DNA of 64,000 nt from Nemertoderma westbladi (lineage: Eukaryota; Animalia; Xenacoelomorpha), in contig JAUCBJ010006570.1 in assembly GCA_032718475.1 (NCBI GenBank), positions 1-64,000 on the forward strand, in the 5' to 3' direction. Positions within the stretch are counted from its first letter, which is position 1; each line of letters opens with the position of its first letter. The notes beneath the pieces are model-generated. The model was not told the DNA's origin. It made no database searches and was given only the letters and a program-made list of their open reading frames with translations. Positions 35,559-48,569 of this stretch are shown in pieces. A program made the translations under genes and the position numbers.

Positions 35559-38163
35559 CCGTGTTTCCAGACTCCATCCCATTGTCTACATAGAAGCCGC
35601 GTCGAATCATACCGATCGCTTTGGTGTTATACTTCCCCTCTTTCCCCTCTACCGTATCTCTTACAGCCACAGTCGTCGTGAATGAGGACGACTTGGCCCC
35701 CATGTTCTGCACCACCATCTTGTACATCGGTATCATCGACGGTTCCTCGTCACCGTTGTACCATAGGAAGCGCTGGCTATCGCTATCCTCCTCCGTCACA
35801 AAGACTTGGTTGAACATGCCTTCGATGTTGCAGGTGAAGGCGTGCCTCCCATTCCTAAATCTCAACAAGACCTCTATCCCCGAGTTGTAGATATTGGGGC
35901 CCTCCAGCAGATAGTCGATTAGGCTTTTGCCACTGGTTTTAGCCGATGCGTCAACCACCATCTGCAGTTTACCCTTCTTTGGGTCTAAAGCCACATGAAG
36001 TGGCAGGTAGTAGGTCCTGTCCGTGTTCGGTTCGTCGACCGGCAACTCCATGGCCCATCCTTTCTTGACGTACTTCTTTATCGTCTTATGGATGTACTCA
36101 TCCTTCTCGGGGCTCCGTTTCAGCATTTGCTTCAGTTTGCGAAGCCTCGTGAGTACCATCCCCTTGTTCTCGGGTAGCGGTAGTTTTGGCTGTTTCCACA
36201 CCATGCCTATGGTGTACCGCCCCTCATCACATCTCATCGACTCCTTCACACTCTGTACTGCTTGTTTATCCTCTACCGAGGTTCCAACCCCGGTCTCCTT
36301 TAGTCCTTCAAAGTCCTGTCTTAACAGTCTCTTCAGCTGTTCATCCGCTACTTCATCCTCCATCTCCCTCATAGTTCCCGCGAACATGCACCCCGATGTC
36401 TCTGACATCCTAAACGGAATTTTGGTTCTGATTGGGCCGCTTAGCGTCCATCTGAATGGCGTGGGGATTGCCATCAGATCACGCTGTCTTTCTTCTCCGA
36501 AGATCGTCTGTACTCTCTCATGGGCTGTCGGGCAGTCCATCCCCACTATGATGGATACCTTCCTGACGTCCACCTCCGGTATCGAGAAATCGATGTCATC
36601 CAGGAATCTGTATTGCTCGACCTCGATGTTAGTTGGTCGCCTGCCGTTTATGTTGATCGATTCTATTACCTGGATGGGGTCGATGGTCGCCCCATAGTCA
36701 CATCCCGGTGCTATCGCTGATATCTCGCACCTTCCCGTCCTCATCTCCAGGACCTCATCCTTGCTGGAGATGGTAGTTACCGCCATCCTACTTGGCCTCG
36801 TCTTTAACCCTATCTCTTCGGCCACCCAATTCTCCACCAATATGAAGGCTGCTCCGCTGTCGACCAGCATCAAGGTAGTGACTGATCGACTGCCTTCTCC
36901 TAACACCCTCACTGGAACTACCCCGAGTAGTACCGTTCCCCTTCTCTTTGCTCCTACGGTGCTTGTCGCCATTGTCTGTCCTTTGCCTTGACCGAACTTA
37001 ATTGGTGTTTCTTTGCATTGCTCAGCCTTGTGTCCGCCTGCCACACATCGATGACAGATTCCACTCTTCCTTGCATATTCTACCTTATCTTGCTTATGCA
37101 ACGCTTGCCTGTACCTGCAGTTCATGGTCTGATGAAGTGCGTTCGAATGTAATTGGCCTTTGTTGCTTGGATTATAGCCGCCCCTATACAGTGCGCTACT
37201 TATCGCACTTACATTCATACCTAGTTCCCTACTGTTCGTATTGTTTGGGTTTGGCCTACTGGGCGTGTTGGGGTTATATTTATTTGTGTTGTTATTTTGC
37301 CACTGTCCATGCCATGGTGTGGCCCTACCCCCGGCTATATGTGGACTAGCAGTCCCCTGCGTTGCCGCGTATGGCAGGGATTGTCTCAGCTTTGGCAATG
37401 CATTTGCCGCACTATGTTCTGGTGTCAGCCTGTTATATTCGGTCTTCAGCGCCCTCCCCAGACTATCCTCGCTGTAGACTGGGTCCGTGATTAATTCTGC
37501 TTTGTAATTGAGGAAGTTCGACATTTCCTCTAGGCCCGGTTCTGCACCTTTCTTATCCCGGGTGGAGAAGGCGATCTTCCTCCATTTGTTCCGTAGCCAG
37601 ATTGGCAGTGCCTGCGCTATCGTGGTGATGTTATTCGATGCATTGAGTTCGTATGGCGCATCCAAGGTCTTCAGCACGATTAGCGCCTTCTCGACCTTAT
37701 TCGCGAAAGTCTTTATACTAACAGGGTTATCCTGTAGGCCACCCGATGTTATTCCTCTCAAGGTCTGCCGGATGATCTTGGCAGGGTGTCCAGTCCATAT
37801 TCCCTGTCTAGGGCCCGCCATGCAGTCGTGAAGCCACCCTCGATACCTTGATACTGCCTGATCATACGCTGGGCCCCCTGTGTAAACTTGTAAATATTTT
37901 AGGCACTCCGCCTGCGTCAGATTCTTAGTTAGTATTTCATTACTGTACATGCGTCGGAATTGCTGGTATTCTTCCGGTCTGCTTCCATCGAATTTAAATG
38001 GCTCAACTGGTGGTAGCTCGATCCTGGTCCTGAGCGCATCGATGAGTGTTGCCATTCCCATCGCCTGTGCTTCCAATGGCTTCGATGGATGCTGTACAGA
38101 CTCTCCTGTTGGGTGCGGTTCGCCCGTCGGGCCTGTTGATTTTTTCTGTGTCGGATATATCAT
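35556..38163 (-). CDS. Bel/Pao gag-pol fragment (capsid, zinc knuckle, aspartic protease, RT)
   Basis: PFKFDGS, CHRCVAGGHKAEQC, LVDSGA, YYLPLH...VVDASAK...LLEGP, RFLW, FYVDN. ORF residues below ~35556 are antisense of copy 2. Confidence 0.9.
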
Positions 38164-41100
38164 TGGGGGTAATGGCCCCCTCCATATCTCCGTATCGCAC
38201 GATCTGTTCTGGTCCAGGGGGTTCGATGTTATTATTCTCGGTTGAGTGTATTGCTGATATTGTAATGGGGGAATGTCACCCTGTCCCCCCCCCCCCCCCC
38301 CCCCCCACCGGTGTTATGTTTGGTACTGGGGTTGATGTTAATATATTGGGGCCCACACACCTATCGGCAATAACTCCCCCTCCCCTGGGTATATGTTATA
38401 TCCCTGCATATTATAGTCATACTGGTGTGCAGGTACCGGTATAGGCCTATCCGCTTCTTGCCTACCTACCAGTATGTACGCCGCGACTTCCGGATCTAAT
38501 CCCGTCGTCCACGCTACCCTATCGCCTACACTATCTCTTCCAGCATGGCCTATAGTATGTGCAGTAAGGCCTACAGTATGTCCTGCAGTCTGCCTGTGTC
38601 CCTCCGGACCGAAGTTTAATCTTCTCGAATATTCCAAGAAGTCCTCCCCGCGACTACCGTACTCTCGATCGGCAGCTATATCCCGTCGGGAAGTTTCTCT
38701 TCGATCCCCTCTCCTGTCCTCGTCCTCGTACCGGTACATCCTGTACCCTTCTCCCGGCGTATGTATATCTCGCCAGGCTGCGTCTCTCCGGGGCGACGGC
38801 AATCTCCCGGAGTTCGACCCCACTGACTCTCCAACTCTATCTCTACTACCGACGGTTCGCTGTCCGTCCTCGCTCTCCGGTTGCTCGTAGCAATGCTTCT
38901 TCTATTCTCTTCACTTCTTCTCTCTCTCAGTGTAGCGTTCCCGCTCATGAGATCTCTCTTCGACCTCCCGGTTAAACTCCACTGTTCTTCTTCCGTCTTC
39001 TGACTGGGCTCGACGTCTTGTCGCTCACCCGCTCACGACGCCAACCTCTCTCTCTCTAGCCGGTTGGACGCTGCTGGGGATATTCGTAATCCCCCTACTA
39101 TTCTCCATCGTCGGGTGCCGCGGTTCACCTAACTCGCCCCGCGCATTATCCGCCAACGCTTGTGGGACATTCTCTGCCCCCCCCCCCCCTCTCGCCACTA
39201 ATCTCCCGTGGTGGGGCGCCCGTAGCCCCCCCCCCCCCCCCCCCCCCCTCGCCACCTATTGCTTCACTATCTCCTACTTCGCTTCTACGCCCCTCTCTAG
39301 TCGACGCACTATCCCTACTGCGGCTGGGTCTATTCACCCCCGCCTCTCCCCCTACCACTGCGTGGCCTTGCAGGCTCCCGTCGGGTTGACTCACCCCCGC
39401 TACTCCCTGCGTACTAACTACGTGGCCTTGCAGGCTCTCGCTGGTCAGACCACCTATGTTCGCTGCATTCATATTAATAGCACCATTATCAACAATATTA
39501 TCGCCTAAGTTATTTAAATTATTTAAATTATCCTGTTCGAAGTTCGGATTATTATTTAAGTTATTTTGTATATTTAAATTGGAATCGGGATTATTTTGCT
39601 CGTTTGAATTAAAGTTATTACTTAGATTATTCTGCTGTATTTAAATTAGGATTATTTGAATTATTTTGTATATTTAAATTAAGATTATTTGGATTATTTT
39701 CTATATTTAGATTAAGATTATTGATTTAAATTATTATTACCGGGTAAAATATTATTTCCTGCAATGAAAGTTTGATTAGGGTTGTCTACTACGGTACTAT
39801 TAATATTAATGCTTCTAACGTATTATTATTATTACCCCCCCCCCCCCCCCCGCCCCTACGGTTACACCAGTCTTGGGTCTGTCGTCCGGTGCCTGTAAGT
39901 GGGGTATTAACAAATGTCTCCATTACTTCTGGCTCCTCGTAAATACTACCCGAGCCAGCCTCACTCTCAGATAATCCCAATTGCGCCAGTTCTAGTCGGC
40001 GCTTCTGCTTGGCCTGATATTGCATAAGCCCCCTTAACCGGGCATGCATATCATCCCGCATGCGCTTTCCCCTCTCTCTCTCTCTCTCTCTATCCTCTCA
40101 TAGACTCCGGTTCGCTAACTCTGTTTCTCTCGCCTCCCGCTCCCTATGCTCATTCATTTCTCTCTCTGCCCTCGCTACCTCTCTCGCCTCTCGCTCTTTG
40201 CGCTCGTTCTCTATCTCTCATCTTCTCGCTCTTTACGCTCGTTCTCTACTCTCGTCTCTCGCTCTTTACGCTCATTCTCTACTCTTGTCTCCCGCTCCTC
40301 GCGCTCTTTACGCTCACTCATCTCTCTTTCTTCCCGCTCCCTATAGTTTCTCGCCACCTCTCTCGGCCTGTAGCGGACTTATCGGTCGCGACGGACTCCC
40401 GTCGTCTCTCTGACCTACTGACTTTCCCCCGCTTTCTGGGGTTCTTGCTAACCGACGAGACCGAATCCTCGGGGTTAACCTCGGGTTCGCCCTCGTACGG
40501 ATCCACCCAACCCACTAACTTAATTCCCCTAGCATCCACTAAGTACGGCCCTACGTACACTACTTCAGGCTCCATAACCCCGGATCGCCACAGTTCGAAT
40601 AGTTCGATGGCGACCCCCCTCGCTCTCTCACTCGCCAGTTCTCCCTGCCCAAAACGGATCTGATACCGAAAATGTTTGTTCAACTCACCTAGCTGTTGGT
40701 GTAACTTGGGCTGGTTTACCTTTCCTCCCTCTCTGGCCTCCTTTAATAGTTTCTTCGTGGCGTTGTAGGCCCGTCGTAGCCGATTGCTGGTCCTGACGTC
40801 CTCTTCGCCGACATCTCCTTCTCCTCTCCTCGTTTGGCGTCGTACCGGCGGCCCCACCGTCGCCGTTCCGGTGGGCCGTCCGTTGCCCTCGGCCTGTGGC
40901 TAGCCGGCGACTTCGGTACTCCGACCGCCCTCGTGCGTCAACTCGTCCCTCTCTCGTGGTTGACGGCCGCCCTCCGCTTGGGGTACTGGATCGTCCCTCG
41001 TCGGCGAATCCGGCTTCGCTGGCCGATACCGTCGCGTCGCGGCCTCACGGATCGTTTGGTTGGTATCGTCCGGGGTCCACGGCGGCGTTCTCTCTCCCTC

Positions 41101-41252
41101 TGATAATCGGGGTTTTCCTGTGCTCATCTTTCCTTTACTACTTTCCTAGCAGTCACAGTTCTAGTGGTTCTCGATATTGTCTTACTGTGACGGGATCTGG
41201 GATCCCGACTGGGTTATGTTTGTACGCGTCACCGCAGGCTGATGGAGAAAAA

Positions 41253-41712
41253 TGTTTAGAGTTCGATGTTCCTTGGCTTCCGATGTATAATATGTGTAAT
41301 AATAGCACAGTGATGATGAATGACAAAAAATCGGTAATAGCAATATATGATGGCAGCATATAACAGCACATGTGATGACAGTAAGACAATAATGCCGGTC
41401 TGCACTGAAACTGACAACTGTGTAACTGAATGACAAACCGGTATGTAGGAGATAATATATGATTACTTCACTCCTACACTACCTTGGCCTGCTACCTAGT
41501 GGATGCTCTCCTTTGCCCCTATTGGCCAATAACCTACTTCTCGCCTTTCCACTTTCTGGGAGTGTTTCCCCCCTGTTGCTAGCCCCTGCTAGCTGTCTCC
41601 CCTCTGAGGTGGTTTGACCTCTAACCTTCCTTGGTGTGGCTTCGGGGTTTGTACCGTCCCTGATGTTGGTTGTGATACGAGATTAATTATTGCTAATCTC
41701 GTATCTCCAACA
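41253..41712 (-). repeat. Putative 5' LTR of family B (~460 bp)
   Basis: Starts TGTTGGAG and ends CTCTAAACA (imperfect terminal inverted repeat); no second LTR is present to confirm it. Confidence 0.6.
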
Positions 41713-42766
41713 TATTGCTGAAAATGCCACTATCCCATTTTATGAGGGTAATGAGGCGGAATTGAATCCGCTTACAGTGTCTCCACCACCCCCACTACTC
41801 AGCCTATAATGGGAATACCATAAAATGTTACGCCCTTGGGGCTCTCTCATCTACCTGATATCAGACATACAGGCGCACCGCACATAAAGCTTTTGTCGGT
41901 CCCAGCAAGTCATCCCTACTAACTGCTCTGTGATCTAGAAGATAACTCGCCATTGAAATAATGTAGTGACCTGCCAATCAGATGACTTGATCAAATGTGT
42001 TCACATGTGATCACATTTGATGAAATCTGCTTTTTCTGGTGGCCTGTACTGTAGCTATACATGTTCTAGAACAATATATTTTTTATTTTATTTATGTCCT
42101 AGAATAGTATATAATACTTTTCTTTGTTCTAGAACTCTTCAACGTTGCCATAGTAACAATGATATGTTTTAAAAATTTAGTTCTACGCGGAACTTTAGCC
42201 CTTTTTTCAAACGATTGTAGTGGAAGCCTATCTAAATATTGAAAGCGAAAATAAATATCCCGACTCATCCAGGTAGGAGTAGGGAGGTGAACTATCACTA
42301 CAGTATTTCAAATTTCATGCAAAATCTCATCACTGTAAGATTTGTAAAAAGATCTGAATCCTGAATGAAAATACTATATTCCAGGACATGGTGTAGTGGC
42401 GTGAATTTCCAGATAGTAGGGCTAGGGCCTACCCTACAGTACTGCATAATTTTCGAGAAATGTGAGATTGTGAAAACTGTACACACTCAACATAGTAATG
42501 AAATTTAATCATTAAAATAACAAATAAAGGTAACAATAACTTGAATTTTCCAATAGACTTACAGTATTGTTCCAAAAATTACCCCTTTATGAAAAATATT
42601 AAATACTTTTGCGATATCGGTAATTTTTAAGAAATCAGAAAATCTAATACTGTATTAATAAAATAACTGCACCACACAAGTAGATATTGAATGAACATTT
42701 TGTCTTCTATCTGTTCTGTTCCGTGTTCGTGTTCACTAAGAAGTACCGGTACTAATTGTTCTTTTC

Positions 42767-44047
42767 TCAAACAGTTGTAGCAAATGTATTGAATATGAAA
42801 CTGTAGTGAATTAATATTAAAGAGACAATATATGCCTGATGTCCATCACTCGGTGATGTAATATCATCTAGTTCAGCACCTATAAATATTGTGGGAGCAA
42901 AGATGATAGCCAACTGCCTAACGCCCATCCTATTAGTGAGGCAATGAGATGCGACTCGGACGAGATGCACCATCAGATACTTCAACGTCTCGTAATGAGG
43001 TTCGGGTAAATCAAGAATTAATTTTTTTACGGTACGCAGCTGAAGCGACTTCGACTGAATCAACGAACAATCCATGAATGCCTTGTATCTGCTGCTAGTC
43101 ATCAATGAATCTGGAAGTTCTCTGATAAATTCTTTCAACAATGAAGCCACTATGTGAATATCTTCATCACCTGGTGTGTTTCCTGGAGTTCCCATTACAC
43201 GGAAACTTCTCATGGTCTCGTCAACATCACTGCCCAGCTCTAACGCGCTTTTAATTTCTGTCACTATTCTTTTATTTCCAGGAACTCCGTATATATATTG
43301 AGTGTTCAGTCCATATTTTTCAATTATTGTCACAAAAGTTTCAACGTAATTCGGAACATTAAAGTTGAATGTTGAACCGATACACTTCTCCAAGGGAAGT
43401 GGATAACAAGTTTTGGTGATTTCTGTTGAATTTTTTGGACGATCTCTCAAGTAATTTCTCATGCGTCTTATTATGTTTAGCTTCGTATCTGATGGTCTAA
43501 TTGTTTCATCCGGTTGTTGTTCCCTTTGATAAGAAAGGCTAAACCCTGGAATGAGGCTTTCCTGTTGCGAACATTGAGCGATGGAATGTACCCAAATTAT
43601 CATGAGGTTCCTGTTTCCAGCTTGGAAGAAAAATTCCGAAGATTTATTCCTACCCCCTTCTCCGATCTCATTGGTCCCAACGTGAAACACGTGTTCCCTT
43701 TTGGACTTCGGGTCTTCTATAATGTTGATAGTGGAATTAGTAATGTCTGCTATGTGATTTATTTTAATACCAGGATGCAAAGATCTCCCATCAAATGAAA
43801 CTTCAGTATTATTTTTCACCACCAATAAGTTCAGTTCTAATTGTAAAGTGACTGTTACTTTTGACCAAGATAAGTATTCCCCACACCTGGAGTTCCCGTT
43901 CAGGTGCGTTACTTTGACCATGAGCTCCCCTTGAAAGTTGGTTGATTTATTCTGGCCGCCTTCTCTGAATCTGTTAATAAACAGCCCTAAATTCGTTGTT
44001 TTGGCGATAGGCCAGGATATTGGCCTGGTAAAGGTGGGAGTAGACAT
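42767..44047 (-). CDS. PH plus RhoGAP domain protein (ARHGAP21/23-like architecture), single exon
   Basis: PH-like REHVF...EFFFQA..RNLMIIWVHSI; GAP DIHIVASLLKEFIRELPDSL, HYETLKYLMVHLVRV...NRM..LAIIFAPTI. Confidence 0.85.
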   Translation of the reverse strand: MSTPTFTRPISWPIAKTTNLGLFINRFREGGQNKSTNFQGELMVKVTHLNGNSRCGEYLSWSKVTVTLQLELNLLVVKNNTEVSFDGRSLHPGIKINHIADITNSTINIIEDPKSKREHVFHVGTNEIGEGGRNKSSEFFFQAGNRNLMIIWVHSIAQCSQQESLIPGFSLSYQREQQPDETIRPSDTKLNIIRRMRNYLRDRPKNSTEITKTCYPLPLEKCIGSTFNFNVPNYVETFVTIIEKYGLNTQYIYGVPGNKRIVTEIKSALELGSDVDETMRSFRVMGTPGNTPGDEDIHIVASLLKEFIRELPDSLMTSSRYKAFMDCSLIQSKSLQLRTVKKLILDLPEPHYETLKYLMVHLVRVASHCLTNRMGVRQLAIIFAPTIFIGAELDDITSPSDGHQAYIVSLILIHYSFIFNTFATTV

Positions 44048-44579
44048 TGATTATTGAATTAAATTGTAAGGGTAGGCTACTAATTCGACACGGGTCACCC
44101 AATTTAGAAATTTTTGAAAATCACGTAAAAATCTATATATCTTAGATATTTTGATTGTAGAACTTTAGGCTATGTCGTCTAGGCACTTGTCCATATGTGT
44201 ACCTACACCGAATTTTATTCCGAACCCTACCGCTACACCACAGGCCAGTGTAACGAACGAATTCACAACTTACATTCACGCTACTGCTACGCACATCGCA
44301 GGCTACTGCAGTGTGACGAATTCATAACCCTAACCCGCTGCGAGGAGCATTACTCCCCGGCATTAGTGTGGCCTGGGGCCCCATTTTTGGAAAATTTATG
44401 GCAACATATTTTTTTGTTAATTTGAGTGTATAATATCAAGGAGACTTGTTCTAGAACATTGTAAATACAAAAAAATACATATATGTATATAAATAAACAT
44501 ATATGTATATATATGTTAAATATATATGAAATAAATAAATATAATATATATACAATAATATATATATTTGGATGTAAGA

Positions 44580-45200
44580 GGTAGAGATCACCGGGCTGTC
44601 GGTTCTCAAGGCCGCTATGATGCTTTGTGGTAGCACCAGACCAGTCGGTGGAGATGGAGAACTCTGGAGTGCGCTCCTGACTGCCACGAGGCGAAACAGC
44701 GCCCGTCTGCGCGAGGCTGTGACTGGTTTGGCCCGTCGGGTGGCCAACTCTTTGGTACCATGGGGTGAGATTTGGGTGCTGCGAGCGTGTTGGCTCATTG
44801 CACTCGACAAGAAGCCTGGAGTCCGCCCAATCGGTATAGGGGAGGTCCTCTATCGTCTCCCAGCGAACTGTCTCACCATGGAGACAAAGGCTAACCTAGT
44901 TCAGCAATGTGGGGCTGATCAGCTGTGCGCTGGCGTCAAGACCGGAATTGAAGGCGCTGTCCACGCGATGAACGCCATCTACGAGGAAGAAGAGACTGAG
45001 GCGTAGATGCGAAGAATGCCTTCAACTCAGGTATGTCGCCCCGTGTCCCTCTGGAACTGTCGAATCTTATGGCATCATGCCTCCCTGTTTCTTTTCAATT
45101 CATATAACAGTCACATGGCCCTCTACCTTCATGGCAGTGATGACCCAATATGGATCCAGGAGGGTTGGATGCAGGGGGATCCTGCGGCGATGCTGGGCTG
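44580..45200 (+). pseudogene. CRE-clade non-LTR retrotransposon RT fragment
   Basis: LIALDKKPGVRPIGIGE...QLCAG...EGAVHAM, DAKNAFNS and EGWMQGDP, with frameshifts. Confidence 0.8.
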
Positions 45201-45627
45201 GTTGCGCGACCCTGCCCATGGTGCACCAGTTGCTACAAGCCGATCTGCCTCTTTCACCCGACAATGCAACCACTGATGTAGAGTCGGATTTTGGCCCGTC
45301 ACCGAGCTCCCCACCACTGTTCGATGACACCATCATCCCCAACACGATACGTGACTCGAGTACCAGATAGGCTGTATCCTTACAGAAATGCAGCGCCGTC
45401 TGAATTACACCAGTCTGCAGGTAGAGTGCGAAATTTCTGAAAGTTAACATTTTCTCGAACTTTTGTTATTTACTTACAATTGCTGTTAATCTGAAACTTG
45501 ACAGTTATGTCCTACGGGGGTGTGGTTTTACTGTATTTCATGGTGGTATGAATCTGTTCCATATGCAGTTCTCCGATCTGCATTTCTCAGCATATTCACG
45601 TATCATCCTGTACAGGGCCTAGAAAAC

Positions 45628-45657
45628 TGTGGCCCGAAGGGCCACAGGCTTTCTAGT
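45628..45657 (+). mobile_element. Helitron-like 3' end
   Basis: Hairpin TGTGGCCC-GAA-GGGCCACA followed by CTAG|T. Confidence 0.55.
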
Positions 45658-46751
45658 ATTATATATAGATATGTACGTTTTTAGGTCATTTAGTAAAATT
45701 TGAAAATTGGGTGACCCATATCGAATTAGTTAGCAATTCTAAGTTACATAAATGGCCTCCTTTAGAATCCGAAAAATGCAGCTTATTGCGCCGTGAATGT
45801 AGTAGTCTACTGTAAGCTTGTTATAGCTTACATAAATCTTATTTACGATCGCTTGTTTACTACAATCATTGTTTACGTTAGTGTCTACTGTACAATGAAT
45901 ATGGTGAGTACTGTATTTTGTTAGTTAATAAATTAGTGTTTACCAAATCATTGTTGCCATGGTGTTACGCTTATATGTATTTAAATTATTATAAAACTAA
46001 AACCCAACTGGAAATTAAGCGGACTGAATACTGGCTACGCGGACCTAAAACGGAACTGCCATCTGTAGAATATAAAACAATAACACAATAACAGATGACA
46101 AATAATACAAGGAATGACATGTTTACTGTAGACACATGGTGAGATACACTGACGTTCCACACCACAGCAATGCAACTAAAAATTACACCCATAAAGGAAA
46201 GGTCACACTGACATGCAGTATGTATACGTATAGGGAAGGTGAGGGAGATCCAATATTATATAATTCATTTTACTACAGTCAGTAAGTGCCAGGCTGGAGG
46301 GAAATTTGAATTAAAGTATTCTTGTAGAATTATATTTACAACAAACACTGAACAATACTACTGACTGCACTACTGTACAAGGCCTACTAGAAGAATATTT
46401 CTGTACTTCTAGTACCGTAGTAATGTGTTCTAGTACTGTAGGCAAGGACTACTGAAGCAAGGACTGGCACACGGTAAATCACGGTAAAAAACACTGCAGC
46501 ACTGGCCCACGGTATTCTGGATTTACCGTCTGCCAGTCCTTGCTTTAGTACTGTAGTAGTCCTTGACTGTAGGCCTTGCTGCATGCTGCACTACAACTGT
46601 TGTGCTGTTCTACCTACGCCTACCTACCCACTACCGCTACCATCCTATCAAATCACCTCACCTGCTCACCCACAGGTCCAGGTGCCAGCGTGCCAGGCAG
46701 TGGACCGACACCGGTTTGGGTAAACCTTTACCTTACCACTGTACCAGCAGG

Positions 46752-47366
46752 ATGTTGACAAAATCTCCTAAACCCTTTTACGCTTCGTACACGAAGCCAC
46801 CCGATGTACGCTACGTGAAATCGCGATTCAAGGAAGAAGTTCTATTCCGGAGAGTGGATCGGATACTGAGAGTGGATCACGCAGGGGAGATAGGCGCGCG
46901 GGCGATATATTCGGGCCAGTTGTGCGTGCTAGCTAGCGGTTCGGAGGCGGCCCGAGCGGTACAACACATAAAGGACCAGGAAATGGTCCATGTTAAAGAG
47001 TTCCAGCGTTTGGTGAGAGAGCGGGGGATCAGACCAAGCGCGTTGTTGCCTTGTTGGGAAGGTTTAGGATTTTTATTGGGAGCTGTTACTGCAGCTCTTG
47101 GCCCTCAGACTGCAATGGCGTGTACAGTGGCTGTTGAGGATGTTATCAGTAAACATTACGATAATCAATTAAGGGAACTTATTGAGGACGATGTGGAGGA
47201 ACATAGGCTATTGTTGGATACGATAAGGAAGTTTAGAGACGAGGAGATCAAACATCACGACTTGGCATTGGACCACGAGGCTTCCTCTGCCCCCGGATAT
47301 GACGTCATTTCTGGAGCTATTAAACTCGGTTGCTATGCAGCTATATGGTGCGCCGAGAGGATTTAG
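46752..47366 (+). CDS. COQ7: 5-demethoxyubiquinone hydroxylase (COQ7/Clk-1), single exon
   Basis: RVDHAGEIGA..IY.GQ, QE..H, AMACTVAVE..I..HY..Q and FRDEE..H di-iron motifs. First in-frame ATG is 46752; the ORF-track start at 46563 is TTG. Confidence 0.93.
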   Translation: MLTKSPKPFYASYTKPPDVRYVKSRFKEEVLFRRVDRILRVDHAGEIGARAIYSGQLCVLASGSEAARAVQHIKDQEMVHVKEFQRLVRERGIRPSALLPCWEGLGFLLGAVTAALGPQTAMACTVAVEDVISKHYDNQLRELIEDDVEEHRLLLDTIRKFRDEEIKHHDLALDHEASSAPGYDVISGAIKLGCYAAIWCAERI

Positions 47367-48569
47367 TTATGTTTGCATTGATGTTTTTGTGTTTTCGGCC
47401 TGACCTTTCGTTGTGACGTAGTGTGCACCAAGTCTTTTTACGGCAACTTATTTGTACAACCTAGCATGGAATACTAAATATAGAGTGTATATTAAGTACT
47501 CTATATTTAGTATTCCACGAACCTACTTATATTAATGTTATAAGCTATTGTTGAAGCTTGAAGGTAAAGTAAGACGACGTTAATAAAATTTTTCATGTTT
47601 AAGGATAATTTTCATCGTAACGCTCTAGTGTGGTTATTAAAGGTCTGCTTTACTCTTATCATTGAATAGAGGTATAACTACTCTCAATATACTCTAGTTT
47701 TACACTCCATATTTATAAAATGGGAAAGATGTGAAAAGCCAAAGGATCATTTTGATTTCGGATGATATTTTGCATAAAAATCTAATGATATAATATATCA
47801 ACAAATAACTATTTACATCTTTGTGTTAAATGACAAGTAGCAATTTCCAGGGTTTCGTTCGAAATCGGAAGAAAAAGTTGAGTAATCCCGGCGAAAAAAG
47901 TAAAATAAAATTATTTTTATGGAATTTCTTAAATTACTATAAAAAAACTATAAAAATAATTATTTAATTATTTAATTATTAAATAACTATAACAAAACTA
48001 TAATCTAATACGTTACTCAAATACTCTTACAGTATGCAGTATCTATTAACAACAAACCTTACCGTATTATTTTATTTCTTTTTTTTAATAATGTCTAATG
48101 CCATAACTACCGTAGGCTTAGTAGGCTTCCCTTTAAATATAGAAATAAATGATTAATGCGGCGAGGTATCCGTTAATTTGCGGCGAAATGGCATTCGCAG
48201 TGAGACACCTCGCCGCACATTATCTGCGGCGAGGTAACCTGCGGCGAAGTGGCAGTGCGGCGAGGTGACCAGCACCCCTGAAAGAGCATCGAAGTAAAAA
48301 AAGGTTTGCAAGTAATTTGAGCAAAATCCATTCACACTCTCAAAAGTTATTGCAACTTTAGTGTCTGCAAGGCGAACTACAAATCGGAACTCAATATCCA
48401 ATATTGGTGTATGTAGTTTGGCGGCTCTCTAGTTACGTATTAAATATTCGAGAACACTCAATTATTTACCGTGGAGTTAAGGCAACATCAGGAGTTGAAT
48501 AGAACAATAATTCGAATTGCAGTAACTATGAAAGCAGTATCGTAAAATACTACAGTTTAAATTACTTTT

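Larger units (their letters stand above)
35556..41712 (-). mobile_element. Bel/Pao family B element, 3'-truncated within RT
   Basis: Candidate LTR, fragmented low-complexity gag N-terminus, then a gag-protease-RT ORF. Confidence 0.88.
44079..45730. mobile_element. TIR element enclosing later insertions
   Basis: ACTAATTCGACACGGGTCACCCAATTT mirrored by AAATTGGGTGACCCATATCGAATTAGT; TSD unclear. Confidence 0.65.
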
